Assembly (NCBI GenBank): GCA_964643795.1
Contig: CAZXUC010000018.1
Coordinates: 2,238-66,237 of the forward strand
Direction of reading: 5' to 3'
Source of the DNA: an uncultured Halobacteriales archaeon
GTDB taxonomy: Archaea; Thermoplasmatota; E2; JACPAO01; JAHFTW01
Length of the DNA: 64,000 nt
In this document: one piece after another, positions 20,024 through 29,006 of the stretch
How positions within the stretch are numbered: the stretch's first letter is position 1
How the letters are laid out: each line of letters starts with the position of its first letter
The notes under the pieces: model-generated
The model's database searches: none
Seen by the model: the letters and a program-made list of their open reading frames with translations, nothing else
What the model was told of the DNA's origin: nothing
Translations under genes and position numbers: made by a program

Positions 20024-20976
20024 AATGGCACCCCGCGATACACTCGGCTGCGCCGTTGGAATCGCGCCAGATCAACGCGCTTCTTGACGACCGCCCGCAT
20101 CTCCTCCTGCATGGCATGGATCTCCCGGTTGGCGTCGATGCGTTGGAAAGCGAACTCTTCCGCCATGTCGCGATAGTGCTGCATGATGCGACCCTGGAAG
20201 ATCTTGAACGACTCCCGGATGTCCGTATGGAGTTCAAGGTCCATGCCTGCCTCGTGGAACTTGAGGTTGGGTCGGCCGCTGAGGATGCGATGCAGGCTGA
20301 CCTCGAGCGGGACGTCGTAGTAGAACGTCAAGTCGGGGACGCGGGCAAAACTGTACAGGCGACGTAGCCACTCGGGGTCGCAGCCGCGTACGCGGTCGCG
20401 CGCGAAGGCCGTGAACATGTAGCGGTCACACAAGACGATGGTGCCCGATTGCAGGCGCGGCAGGATCTGGCGTTCATATCGGTCCGCAAAATCCGTGGCG
20501 TGGATGAGGCTGAACGTCGTCGGCGTGAGAAGTTGGTCCTTCTTGCCGCGCTTGGTTGCCCCGCGCACGAGGCTCGAACTGTTCCATTCGCTGAAGAAGA
20601 CCTTGCAGCCAAGGCCGATGAGCCACTCGTGCAGGAGCCGGATCTGCGTCGATTTCCCGGAGCCGTCGACGCCTTCGACTGCGATGAGTATCCCCGGCGC
20701 GTTGTCGCCCTGCTCGGCGACGAACTCTGAGGCGGGCGCTTGGGCCGGCGTCAAGGGAGTGGCGGGTGTTGGTAGTGTGGTCGTGGGTGTTGGTAGTGGG
20801 GTGGTTGGTGTCGATGTGGAGGTTTGTGTTGATCCGGGGGTTGGCGTTGATGCGGTGGCTGCTCCCGGGCCTGACGCACCAACTGGTTGTGCCGGGGTCG
20901 CCTTGTGAAGTGGTGGTCTTCCCGCAAGCGCCTTGGGCCTGGTCGTCGCCATCGGCGTCTTGATTGCGGCCTTCAT
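20020..20976 (-). CDS. Thymidylate-kinase-like P-loop kinase, paralog A, with a P/T/A-rich N-terminal extension.
   Basis: IAVEGVDGSGKST and DRY motifs. Start chosen at MKAAIKTP to avoid the 170-nt overlap with ppx that ORF 20020..21183 would create. Confidence 0.7.
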   Translation of the reverse strand: MKAAIKTPMATTRPKALAGRPPLHKATPAQPVGASGPGAATASTPTPGSTQTSTSTPTTPLPTPTTTLPTPATPLTPAQAPASEFVAEQGDNAPGILIAVEGVDGSGKSTQIRLLHEWLIGLGCKVFFSEWNSSSLVRGATKRGKKDQLLTPTTFSLIHATDFADRYERQILPRLQSGTIVLCDRYMFTAFARDRVRGCDPEWLRRLYSFARVPDLTFYYDVPLEVSLHRILSGRPNLKFHEAGMDLELHTDIRESFKIFQGRIMQHYRDMAEEFAFQRIDANREIHAMQEEMRAVVKKRVDLARFQRRSRVYRGVPL

Positions 20977-21011
20977 CGGTTTCACGGGCGGCTTCTTGCG
21001 GGGCTTGCTGC

Positions 21012-22571
21012 TCAAGTCGACTCCTCCTTCTGTGTCTCGAGTTCCAGCCCGTAGACTGTCGTGAAGAGTCCGCCTTTTTGTTGCACGGCCCATTGCTCCA
21101 GTTCCATGTCGCCCTCGCCCGTGAGGCGGAGGCGGAGCAATTTCGGTTCGCGCAGGCACTTGACTTTGCGCACGGCTTGGCAATGCTCCCGGTCGAGGGC
21201 GTCTGCGACGCGAAGGATGCCGGACAGTCGCATCACGCGGGCTTGGTCGGCGAGGCTGAGCGCAGCGTACGGCGCATGGCTCGGCTTGGGCTCACTGCGC
21301 CGGTGGTACCGTGCGACCTGCGCCACGAGTTCCACTTCCGGTTCCGAGAAGCCCGGCAGCTCCGATTCCGAGATGAGGTAGTAGGAGTGCTTGTGGTGTT
21401 TCTTGTCGCCCACGAATCGCCCGACGTCGTGCAGGATGGCGGCGGCGTGCAGGATGGCTCGGTCAGCGGTGCCCAGGTTGTGCAGGGTGGCCAACTGGTC
21501 GAACATGGACAGGGCAAGCCGGGCCACATGAAGACCATGCGCCTGCTCAAGGTCGAACCTGCGTCCGAGGGCGAGCGCCCCGTCTTGGACTTTGGACGCG
21601 TATTTTCCAGCGCGACCGGGAGTAGCCCCTGTCGCTTCAACGAGTTGCTCGACGAGGTCGTACACGATGCCTTCCTTTAGTCCAACGTGGGGGACGTGGA
21701 TGCGGTCGACTCCTGCCAGGTGCGCGACGTGTTCGTACACATACGCAGCGGGGAGGATGACGTCGGCGCGGTCGGGGCGGAGGCCGAGTTCCTTGACGCG
21801 CTCCTTTGCGTCGAGCTTGGCGAGCCGGTCGATGGTCTTGCTGAGGTCCTTGAGCGGCATCTCGCTGACCTTCGTGTCCGGGTCGCGGAGGCCGGCGAGG
21901 CGAGCCAACTCTTCGATGTTGCCTCCCGTCGCGGCGAGGCCGGCAATCTTGCGAGACCTGCGGTTGCCGGGCAGGCGCAGCGTCTCGACGGTCTCTTGGA
22001 TGAGGCGACGGAACCGTTCGGGTTCGCCCTCCATCGCGCGGAATTCTTCGAGCAGGCGGACGGTGCCCATCGGATGCGATTCGCTCCACACGAGTCCGTC
22101 GCCGTCCACGAGGCTCACCTCGACGGAGCCGCCGCCCAGATCCATGGTGATCCAGGACCCGTCCATTTTGATGCGGCGGCGCACCGCCGCGTACACGAGC
22201 CTGGCCTCTTCGGCGCCGCTTACGACGTCGACGCGAAGGCCCGTCTCCTTCAGGATGCGTTCGAGGAAGCGACTTCGGTTGGACGCCTCACGCACGGCGC
22301 TCGTTGCGACAGCGCGCGTCTGGTAAACCTTCAAGTCTTTGAGTTGGCTCTGGAAGCCCTTCAGCGCGGCGACTGCGGCGTCCATCGTCTCCCCGTCGAT
22401 GGAGCCTTCGCGGAAGACGGACGTCCCCAGCCGCACGGTGGCGCGTTCCTCGAGCAGGTCCCGCAAGTCGCCGGCCGGAGTTGCCTCGGCGACCATGCAA
22501 CGGATGGCGTTCGATCCAATGTCGATGGCGGCGAGGCGGACGGGCCATGTTGCGCTGGTCTCTGTGGTCAC
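21012..22571 (-). CDS. ppx: Ppx/GppA exopolyphosphatase with a C-terminal HD domain.
   Basis: AAIDIGSNAIRC actin-fold N-terminus. HD motif (LHDVGRFVGDKKHHKHS). Confidence 0.9.
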   Translation of the reverse strand: MTTETSATWPVRLAAIDIGSNAIRCMVAEATPAGDLRDLLEERATVRLGTSVFREGSIDGETMDAAVAALKGFQSQLKDLKVYQTRAVATSAVREASNRSRFLERILKETGLRVDVVSGAEEARLVYAAVRRRIKMDGSWITMDLGGGSVEVSLVDGDGLVWSESHPMGTVRLLEEFRAMEGEPERFRRLIQETVETLRLPGNRRSRKIAGLAATGGNIEELARLAGLRDPDTKVSEMPLKDLSKTIDRLAKLDAKERVKELGLRPDRADVILPAAYVYEHVAHLAGVDRIHVPHVGLKEGIVYDLVEQLVEATGATPGRAGKYASKVQDGALALGRRFDLEQAHGLHVARLALSMFDQLATLHNLGTADRAILHAAAILHDVGRFVGDKKHHKHSYYLISESELPGFSEPEVELVAQVARYHRRSEPKPSHAPYAALSLADQARVMRLSGILRVADALDREHCQAVRKVKCLREPKLLRLRLTGEGDMELEQWAVQQKGGLFTTVYGLELETQKEEST

Positions 22572-22610
22572 GGCGGCCGCACTCCTCGAGGGCAGACCGG
22601 ATTTCCACTT

Positions 22611-22625
22611 TCCCTATAGAGACTA
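22611..22625. promoter_or_regulatory. CTATAGAGACT motif (inverted copy of GACTCTATAG) in the ppx/pstS divergent region.
   Basis: About 10-bp motif seen four times in the pho locus promoters. Other copies at 22725-22737, 23860-23869 and 23875-23890. Confidence 0.4.
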
Positions 22626-22724
22626 CGGCTCGTTGCACGTGTTGGCCGCCCCAGTTTGGGCGCATGCTTTGCGCGGTGGACTGTTGGGCATTCCCCTGCG
22701 GCGTGAGTCCAACGTGAGTCAATT

Positions 22725-22737
22725 GTGACTCTATAGG
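22725..22737 (+). promoter_or_regulatory. GACTCTATAGG motif (TATA-like) upstream of pstS.
   Basis: Same motif as above. Lies about 25 nt upstream of the TTG at 22759 and about 60 nt upstream of the SD-preceded ATG at 22798. Confidence 0.4.
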
Positions 22738-22797
22738 CAATGCTGAAGCGTCGCAAATTTGCCTGCAAGGTCAGCCCACATGGGTGAGGAAACAACC

Positions 22798-23787
22798 ATG
22801 ACAATGAAGCTCCCTCTGTTCGCGGTGGCCGCCATGACCACCATGCTACTGTCCGGCTGCACCAGCATGACCGGCAGTTCGACCTGCACGCCCTTCGAAG
22901 GCGCGGCCGTCACTATTGACATCGACGGCAGCTCCACCGTGTACCCCGTCTCCGAGGCCTGGGCCGAGGAATACTCCCGCTGCGCCGGCATCGAGGCCAA
23001 CGTCGCCTTCTCCGGCACCGGCGGAGGCTTCCAGCAGTTCTGCCGCGGCGAGATCGACGTCTCTGGCGCCAGCCGCCCCATCAAGACGGGCACCGGCTCC
23101 GAGACTGAGAACTGCCAGAAGGCCGGCATCACCCCCTTCGAGATCCCGGTCGCCATCGACGGGCTCGCCGTCGTCGTGAGCAAGCAGAACACCTTCGTCA
23201 CCGACCTCAAGGTGTCCGAGCTCAACCGCATGTGGACCGCCGACCCCGCCAAGCAGGTCAACAACTGGAAGGACCTGCGTTCCGAGTGGCCCGACCAGGA
23301 CATCAAGCTCTTCGGTCCCGACACCAACTCCGGCACCTTCGACTACTTCGTGGAGGTCATCGTCCACCCCTTCGACGGCAGCATCACCAAGGGCCGCAGC
23401 GACTACACGGGTGCGCCGGACGACCACGTCCTGGTCGCCGGCGTCGCCGGCACCGCCCGCGGCATGGCCTACTTCGGTCTCGCCTACGCGATAGAAGCGG
23501 CGGACAAGCTGCGCATCGTTCCCGTCATCCAGGACACCAAGGACGGCGGCAAGACCTTCATCTCCGGAGCCCAGCCCGTCATGCCCACGGCCAGCAACGT
23601 CGAGAACGGCGTCTACGCCCCCCTCTCCCGCCCGCTGTTCATGTACACGGACGGCGCTCCCACGGGCCAACTCAAGGCCTGGTTCCAGTACGGCCTTTCC
23701 CCCGAGGGCCAAGCGATCGTCTCCGAGGTCGGCTACATCAAGCTGAACGAGGCCAAGCGCACCGCGGCGCTCGCCAAGCTCGGCTAA
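22798..23787 (+). CDS. pstS: Phosphate ABC transporter substrate-binding lipoprotein.
   Basis: Signal peptide MKLPLFAVAAMTTMLLSGC. PstS-like body. ATG at 22798 preceded by GGTGAGGA. ORF 22759..23787. Confidence 0.9.
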   Translation: MTMKLPLFAVAAMTTMLLSGCTSMTGSSTCTPFEGAAVTIDIDGSSTVYPVSEAWAEEYSRCAGIEANVAFSGTGGGFQQFCRGEIDVSGASRPIKTGTGSETENCQKAGITPFEIPVAIDGLAVVVSKQNTFVTDLKVSELNRMWTADPAKQVNNWKDLRSEWPDQDIKLFGPDTNSGTFDYFVEVIVHPFDGSITKGRSDYTGAPDDHVLVAGVAGTARGMAYFGLAYAIEAADKLRIVPVIQDTKDGGKTFISGAQPVMPTASNVENGVYAPLSRPLFMYTDGAPTGQLKAWFQYGLSPEGQAIVSEVGYIKLNEAKRTAALAKLG

Positions 23788-23859
23788 GGCTCCCGGCATC
23801 CCGCCCCTCTTCCCCTTTCCTCCCTGGCACTCCTTGGGCCCCCAAACCGCTTTCATGTT

Positions 23860-23890
23860 CTCTAGAGTCAACATTAGACTCTATAGACAA
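23860..23890 (+). promoter_or_regulatory. Tandem CTCTAGAGTC / GACTCTATAG motifs between pstS and pstC, a candidate internal promoter or operator.
   Basis: Perfect palindrome CTCTAGAG followed by GACTCTATAG, about 35 nt upstream of the pstC ATG at 23921. Confidence 0.4.
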
Positions 23891-23920
23891 CTGTCATGCC
23901 GCGACGCGGCCCCTCGACCG

Positions 23921-24889
23921 ATGCCCATGGCCCCCGAATCCCTTCCCGCAGCCGCCCCTGTGCTGCACCGCGAGGGCTGGGGCTGGCACGTCTGGAAGGA
24001 ACGCGGCATCATCGCCATCATGTTTGCGGCGGCCAGTGTCGCCACCCTGGCCACGGCGGCCATCTTCCTCACCCTGATAATCAACGGCTGGGAGTTCTTC
24101 CAAGCCGTGAGCCTCAAGGAGTTCTTCACCGGCACCGACTGGGCGCCCGACTTCCCACCGCCGCGCTTCGGCAGCGTCCCGTTAGTCAAGGGCACGTTCC
24201 AGATCGCCCTCGGCGCCATCGCCATTGGCCTGCCCCTCGGCGTGGGATCGGCCTTGTTCATTTCGGAGTTCGCCGGCGCCCGCGTCCGCCGCATCCTCAA
24301 GCCCGCCATCGAGATTCTCGCTGGTATCCCCTCCATCATCTTCGGCCTCGTCGCCCTCTTCATTCTCTCCCCCCTCATCATCGACCTCTTCGGCCCCAGC
24401 AAGCTGTTCCCGGTCAGCGAGACGCCGGGCACCTTCACGGCCCTGGCCGCCATCTTGGCTTTGTCCATTATGGTCATCCCCATCATCGCCGCCATCAGTG
24501 AGGACGCCCTGCGCGCCGTCCCCATAGAACTGCGGGAAGCCAGCCTCGCCCTGGGCGCCACGAAGTGGGAAACGACGTGGAGCGTCGTGCTGCCTGCCGC
24601 CAAGTCCGGCATCACGGCCTCCGTCATCCTCGGCTTCAGCCGCGCCATCGGCGAAACCATGGTCGTCACGCTGGCCGCTGGCCTCGTCAGCAACATGAGC
24701 TGGAACCCCCTCGAGCCGACCCAGACCATCACCGCTTTCATCGCCAACCGCGCCGGCGGAGACCTTCCCACGGGCAGCATCGAGTACCTGGCCATCTTCG
24801 CCCTCGGCGCCTTGCTCTTCGTCATCACCTTCATCATCAACCTCGTCGCCGAGTACATCCTGGCTGCGCAGCGGAGGAAGTTCGCATGA
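23921..24889 (+). CDS. pstC: Phosphate ABC transporter permease.
   Basis: ATG at 23921 in ORF 23834..24889. Multi-TM ABC permease with the EAA-like loop. Confidence 0.9.
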   Translation: MPMAPESLPAAAPVLHREGWGWHVWKERGIIAIMFAAASVATLATAAIFLTLIINGWEFFQAVSLKEFFTGTDWAPDFPPPRFGSVPLVKGTFQIALGAIAIGLPLGVGSALFISEFAGARVRRILKPAIEILAGIPSIIFGLVALFILSPLIIDLFGPSKLFPVSETPGTFTALAAILALSIMVIPIIAAISEDALRAVPIELREASLALGATKWETTWSVVLPAAKSGITASVILGFSRAIGETMVVTLAAGLVSNMSWNPLEPTQTITAFIANRAGGDLPTGSIEYLAIFALGALLFVITFIINLVAEYILAAQRRKFA

Positions 24890-25758
24890 CCTCCACACTC
24901 GGCACCCTCTCCCTGCGGCGCCGCATCAAGTCCGCCATCGGCGTGGGCACCCTCGGCTTCGGCGCGTTCGGCGCGTTGGCGGTCCTTGCATGGCTTCTCG
25001 CCCTCATCGTCCAGAAGGGTGCCCCGTCCATCGACCTGCAGTTCCTGCAGGGATTCCCGTCCCGCAACGCGGCCGACGCTGGCGTCCTGCCCGCCGTCGT
25101 CGGCACGCTGCTCGTCGGCGCGGCCAGCATGCTGGTGGCAATCCCGGTGGGCATCGCCGCCGCCGTCTACCTCAACGAGTTCGCCCGCGCCACGCGCCTC
25201 ACGTCCTTCCTGCGCGCCAGCATCGCCAACCTTGCGGGCGTCCCCTCCGTGGTCTTCGGCATCCTCGGCCTGGCCCTTTTCGTCCGCGCCATGCAACTAG
25301 GCTCCAGCATCGTCTCCGCCGGCCTCACCCTGGGCCTCCTGACGCTTCCCATCGTGATCGTCGTGTCCGAGGAGGCCCTCAAGTCCGTGCCCGGCGCGAT
25401 GCGCGAGGCTGCCTACGGCCTGGGCGCGAGCCCTTGGCAGGCCGTGCGCCACCATGTCCTTCCCTACTCTCTGCCTGGCATGCTGACGGGCAGCATCCTC
25501 GCCCTCAGCCGCACGATGGGCGAGACCGCTCCGCTCATCCTCATCGGCGCTGTCGGCTTCACGGCAACGCTTCCGCAAGGCCCCAAGGACGCCTTCACGG
25601 TCCTGCCCATCCAGGCATACAGTTGGGCACCACGCCACCAGCCTGGCTTCGAGGCCATTGCGTGGGGCGCCGTCCTGATCCTCATCATCCTGGTGCTGGT
25701 GGCCAACCTCGCCGCCATCATCATGCGCGACCGCTTCCAACGCCGCTACCGGTGGTAA
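24886..25758 (+). CDS. pstA: Phosphate ABC transporter permease.
   Basis: ATG at 24886 overlaps the pstC TGA. Permease fold. Confidence 0.9.
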   Translation: MTSTLGTLSLRRRIKSAIGVGTLGFGAFGALAVLAWLLALIVQKGAPSIDLQFLQGFPSRNAADAGVLPAVVGTLLVGAASMLVAIPVGIAAAVYLNEFARATRLTSFLRASIANLAGVPSVVFGILGLALFVRAMQLGSSIVSAGLTLGLLTLPIVIVVSEEALKSVPGAMREAAYGLGASPWQAVRHHVLPYSLPGMLTGSILALSRTMGETAPLILIGAVGFTATLPQGPKDAFTVLPIQAYSWAPRHQPGFEAIAWGAVLILIILVLVANLAAIIMRDRFQRRYRW

Positions 25759-25759
25759 C

Positions 25760-26611
25760 ATGGCCCAAACCCTTCAGACCCAAACCAAGATGAACCACGC
25801 CTCGGCTCGCTTGCTCGTGAAGACCGCCGGCCCGCTGCCCAAGGCGGCCCCCATCATCGATCCCATCTTCACGGCGCGCGGCCTCGGCGTCCATTACGGC
25901 ACCAAGCAGGCGCTTCGGGACATCACCATCGACATCCCACAAAAACAGGTCACGGCATTCATCGGGCCGTCCGGCTGCGGCAAGTCCACGTTCCTGCGCT
26001 GCCTCAACCGCATGAACGACCTGATTCCGACTGCCAAAGTGTCGGGCGACCTGCGCTTCCGGGGCCTCGACGTCCACTCTAAGGACGTGGACCCGGTCAT
26101 GCTACGGCGCAAGGTCGGCATGGTGTTCCAGAAGCCCAACCCGTTCCCGAAGTCAATCTTCGAGAACATCGCATACGGCCTGAAGCTAGAGGGCAACCTC
26201 TCCAAGGCCGACGTCAAGGACCGCGTCATGTGGGCGCTGGAGAAGGCGAACCTCAGGGCGGAAGTTGAAGACCGACTCAATCAGCCTGGCACTGCACTTT
26301 CGGGGGGTCAACAGCAGCGCCTGTGCATCGCCCGCGCCTTGGCGGTCAAACCCGACGTCATCCTCATGGACGAGCCTTGCTCAGCCCTGGACCCGATTGC
26401 CACCTCAAAAATTGAGGACCTGATTGACGAACTGGTGAAGGAGTACACGGTCGTCATCGTCACGCACAACATGCAGCAGGCGGCGCGCGTGTCGGATCGG
26501 ACGGCGTTCTTCTACCTCGGCGACCTCATCGAGTACGATTCGACGCAGCGCATTTTCGAGAAGCCATCCAACGAGAAGACCGAGGCTTATGTCACGGGGA
26601 GGTTCGGCTGA
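25760..26611 (+). CDS. pstB: Phosphate ABC transporter ATP-binding protein.
   Basis: Walker [13 protein letters not shown] signature LSGGQQQR, Walker B ILMDEP. Confidence 0.95.
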   Translation: MAQTLQTQTKMNHASARLLVKTAGPLPKAAPIIDPIFTARGLGVHYGTKQALRDITIDIPQKQVTAFIGPSGCGKSTFLRCLNRMNDLIPTAKVSGDLRFRGLDVHSKDVDPVMLRRKVGMVFQKPNPFPKSIFENIAYGLKLEGNLSKADVKDRVMWALEKANLRAEVEDRLNQPGTALSGGQQQRLCIARALAVKPDVILMDEPCSALDPIATSKIEDLIDELVKEYTVVIVTHNMQQAARVSDRTAFFYLGDLIEYDSTQRIFEKPSNEKTEAYVTGRFG

Positions 26612-27264
26612 TGCGCGAGAGCTTCCTTTCGCAGCTTGAGGCCCTCGACCAACATGTCGCAGACATGGCGCACCTGGCCAAGTCGATGCTCGCCGATGGT
26701 CTGGACGCACTTGAGGCCGTGGACCCTCACCTGGCAGAAACTGTCGCCGAGCGTGCCGAGGAACTGGCGAAGATGGACGAAAGCATCGAGACGGAAGCCC
26801 TCTCCTTGTTGATGCTGCAGGCGCCCGTCGCAAGGGACCTGCGCCGAATCGGAGCCATCCTGAAGATCATCACGTACCTGAACCGCATTGGGCGCTATGG
26901 CTATGACATCGCCAAGGCCACGAAGGACCTTGCCAAGGTCCCTGCCCCCCAACGGTCCAGCATCGTGACCCTGCGCCAGATGTCCGGCGACGTTGAGAAG
27001 ATGGTTGACTTGGTCTTGGCGGCCTTCCGCGAGCGGAAGGGCCCGGATGTGCGGGCCATCATGGCACTCGAAGACGACGTGGATTCCCAGCGCTACACGG
27101 TTTGGCGTGCCTGCCTCAGTTTCATGGCAGAGGAGCCCAAGACCATCGAAGCTTGTGCCCACGTCATGATGGTGGCGCGGTACTTGGAACGCTGCGGCGA
27201 CAACGTCGTCAAGATGGCTGAGAAGCTGCACTACGCCGCAACTGGCGAGCGCATCATGCTGTAA
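26611..27264 (+). CDS. phoU: Phosphate uptake regulator PhoU.
   Basis: ATG overlaps the pstB stop. Two PhoU repeats. Confidence 0.9.
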   Translation: MRESFLSQLEALDQHVADMAHLAKSMLADGLDALEAVDPHLAETVAERAEELAKMDESIETEALSLLMLQAPVARDLRRIGAILKIITYLNRIGRYGYDIAKATKDLAKVPAPQRSSIVTLRQMSGDVEKMVDLVLAAFRERKGPDVRAIMALEDDVDSQRYTVWRACLSFMAEEPKTIEACAHVMMVARYLERCGDNVVKMAEKLHYAATGERIML

Positions 27265-27532
27265 CGGCCGGGACGGTGGGGCCGAGTAAGGCCTTGCCCC
27301 CGCCGTGCGGATGGCGACCCCGGCCGTCCGCCACATGGCCCCACAAGCCTCCATCGGCCTCCATCGGCAACGCTGCCCGTATGACGTTACGAGCCGCGGA
27401 TTTGTCCAAGTCATGTTCAGCAATATGGCACCAGATTGAACATTATCGCAGTTTCCACAAAATTGCTGAACCAAGTTCTCGCATTGCTGCAAATGGCCGA
27501 ACCCTTTTATCGCGCGGTCGTTTGGCCAGTGC

Positions 27533-28765
27533 GTGGACTTCGGCCCGCTCTACAGCAACCGGACCCACCTCATGAAAGCGAGCGAAATCCGCGAGCTGCT
27601 GAAGCTTACGGAGAAGCCATCCATCATCAGCTTCGCCGGCGGTTTACCCAACCCGCAAACGTTCCCCGTCAAGGAGATTGAGGAAGCGACGAAACGCGTG
27701 CTGCGCGACCATTCCAAGCAGGCCCTGCAATACAGTACGACGGAAGGCGTCACCGTCCTACGCGAAGCCGTCGCTGAGCACCTCAAGAAGGAAGGCATGC
27801 AGGTCCACCCGGACGAGGTCATCATCACGAACGGCAGTCAACAAGGGCTCGACCTCCTAGGCCGCGTCTTCATCGACCGCGGCGACACCTTGGTGGTATC
27901 GAACCCAACGTACCTCGGCGCTTTGCAGTCGTTCAACTACTTCGGCGCCAAGTATGCGACGGCCGACTCGGACGACGACGGCCTCATCCCGGAAGCCCTC
28001 GACGAGACCCTACAGCGCCTCAAACGCCAAGGCATCCGACCGAAGTTCCTCTACCTCGTGCCCACGTTCGCAAACCCGACGGGCACCTGCATCCCCGCGA
28101 GTCGACGCAAGAGAATCCTGGAACTCGCGCACGAATACGACATCCTCGTCATTGAGGACGACCCGTACGGCAAGCTCCGCTTCGACGGTTCACCCATCCC
28201 GACGATGCATTCCATGGACAAGGGCGAAGGCCGCGTCCTCTACTTGGGCACATTCAGCAAGATCCTCGTCCCCGGCTTCCGACTCGCCTGGAGCATCGCG
28301 CCCCACGACGTGACGCGCAAGATGGTCATCTCCAAGCAATCCGTGGACCTCTGCACGAACGCCTTCACGCAATTCATCGCAGCCGACTTGCTGACAGGCG
28401 GCCTCATCGACCGCCACGTCCCCGAGATCATCAGCATGTACCGCAAGAAACGCGACCTCATGCTGAAGGGCATGACGAAGCACTTCCCCCAAGAAGGCAC
28501 ACACTGGACGCAGAGCCAGGGCGGCCTCTTCACGTGGGCAAAGATGGCGCCGCACGTCAACACCATCGAGATGCTCAAGGACGCCATCGCAAAGGACGTC
28601 GCCTACGTTCCAGGCAAATCGTTCTTCCCCGACCCGAAGGAGGGCTTCAACACGATGCGGCTCAACTTCAGCCACCCGACGGACGAGAAAATCCAAATCG
28701 GCGTCGAACGCCTCGGGGAAGTCATGTCGCGCTGGACGGCGAAGAAGACGGCCGTCGCTGCCTAG
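27533..28765 (+). CDS. PLP-dependent class I/II aminotransferase (2-aminoadipate/aromatic aminotransferase-like).
   Basis: SEIRELLKL N-terminus and GTFSKILVPGFRLAW Lys motif. GTG at 27533 is about 26 nt after TTTTAT (27505-27510). Alternative ATG at 27572. Confidence 0.85.
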   Translation: MDFGPLYSNRTHLMKASEIRELLKLTEKPSIISFAGGLPNPQTFPVKEIEEATKRVLRDHSKQALQYSTTEGVTVLREAVAEHLKKEGMQVHPDEVIITNGSQQGLDLLGRVFIDRGDTLVVSNPTYLGALQSFNYFGAKYATADSDDDGLIPEALDETLQRLKRQGIRPKFLYLVPTFANPTGTCIPASRRKRILELAHEYDILVIEDDPYGKLRFDGSPIPTMHSMDKGEGRVLYLGTFSKILVPGFRLAWSIAPHDVTRKMVISKQSVDLCTNAFTQFIAADLLTGGLIDRHVPEIISMYRKKRDLMLKGMTKHFPQEGTHWTQSQGGLFTWAKMAPHVNTIEMLKDAIAKDVAYVPGKSFFPDPKEGFNTMRLNFSHPTDEKIQIGVERLGEVMSRWTAKKTAVAA

Positions 28766-28787
28766 ATTTTACGCTGCACTGATGGCC

Positions 28788-28983
28788 GTAGTGTGGGAGG
28801 CCTGGGATTGCACAGAGATTCACAGAGCTTTGACCTCGACGCGCCGGGCACCATGCCGGTCACGCGGAGAACGCGGAAACCCGCGGAGTCCAGTTCCGCG
28901 CTGTTCCGCGCCCTCCGCGTGAAGGCCGAAGCTCGCCGACGACTCGATTCTGTGTAAATCCGTGCAATCCCAGGCCTCCAAAC
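28788..28983. repeat. MITE-like palindromic element R-A, copy 1, with 18-bp perfect TIRs GGAGGCCTGGGATTGCAC.
   Basis: Left end tagtgtgGGAGGCCTGGGATTGCACagagattcacagag. Right end is its reverse complement. Nested core CACGCGGAG...CTCCGCGTG at 28861-28921. Confidence 0.65.
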
Positions 28984-29006
28984 GCCCGGCCAACGACCTG
29001 AAACGG

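Noticed and set aside
19325-20976. The two P-loop kinases as PPK2 polyphosphate kinases, because of the ppx neighbour.
   Set aside because: The Walker A motif is GSGKST/SSGRST with a DRY motif, which is Tmk-type. PPK2 has GKGG and lacks DRY.
20964-21680. 238-aa plus-strand ORF.
   Set aside because: Antisense shadow of ppx and the tmk-like gene.
23881-25296. 471-aa minus-strand ORF across pstC and pstA.
   Set aside because: Antisense shadow frame of the pst permease genes.
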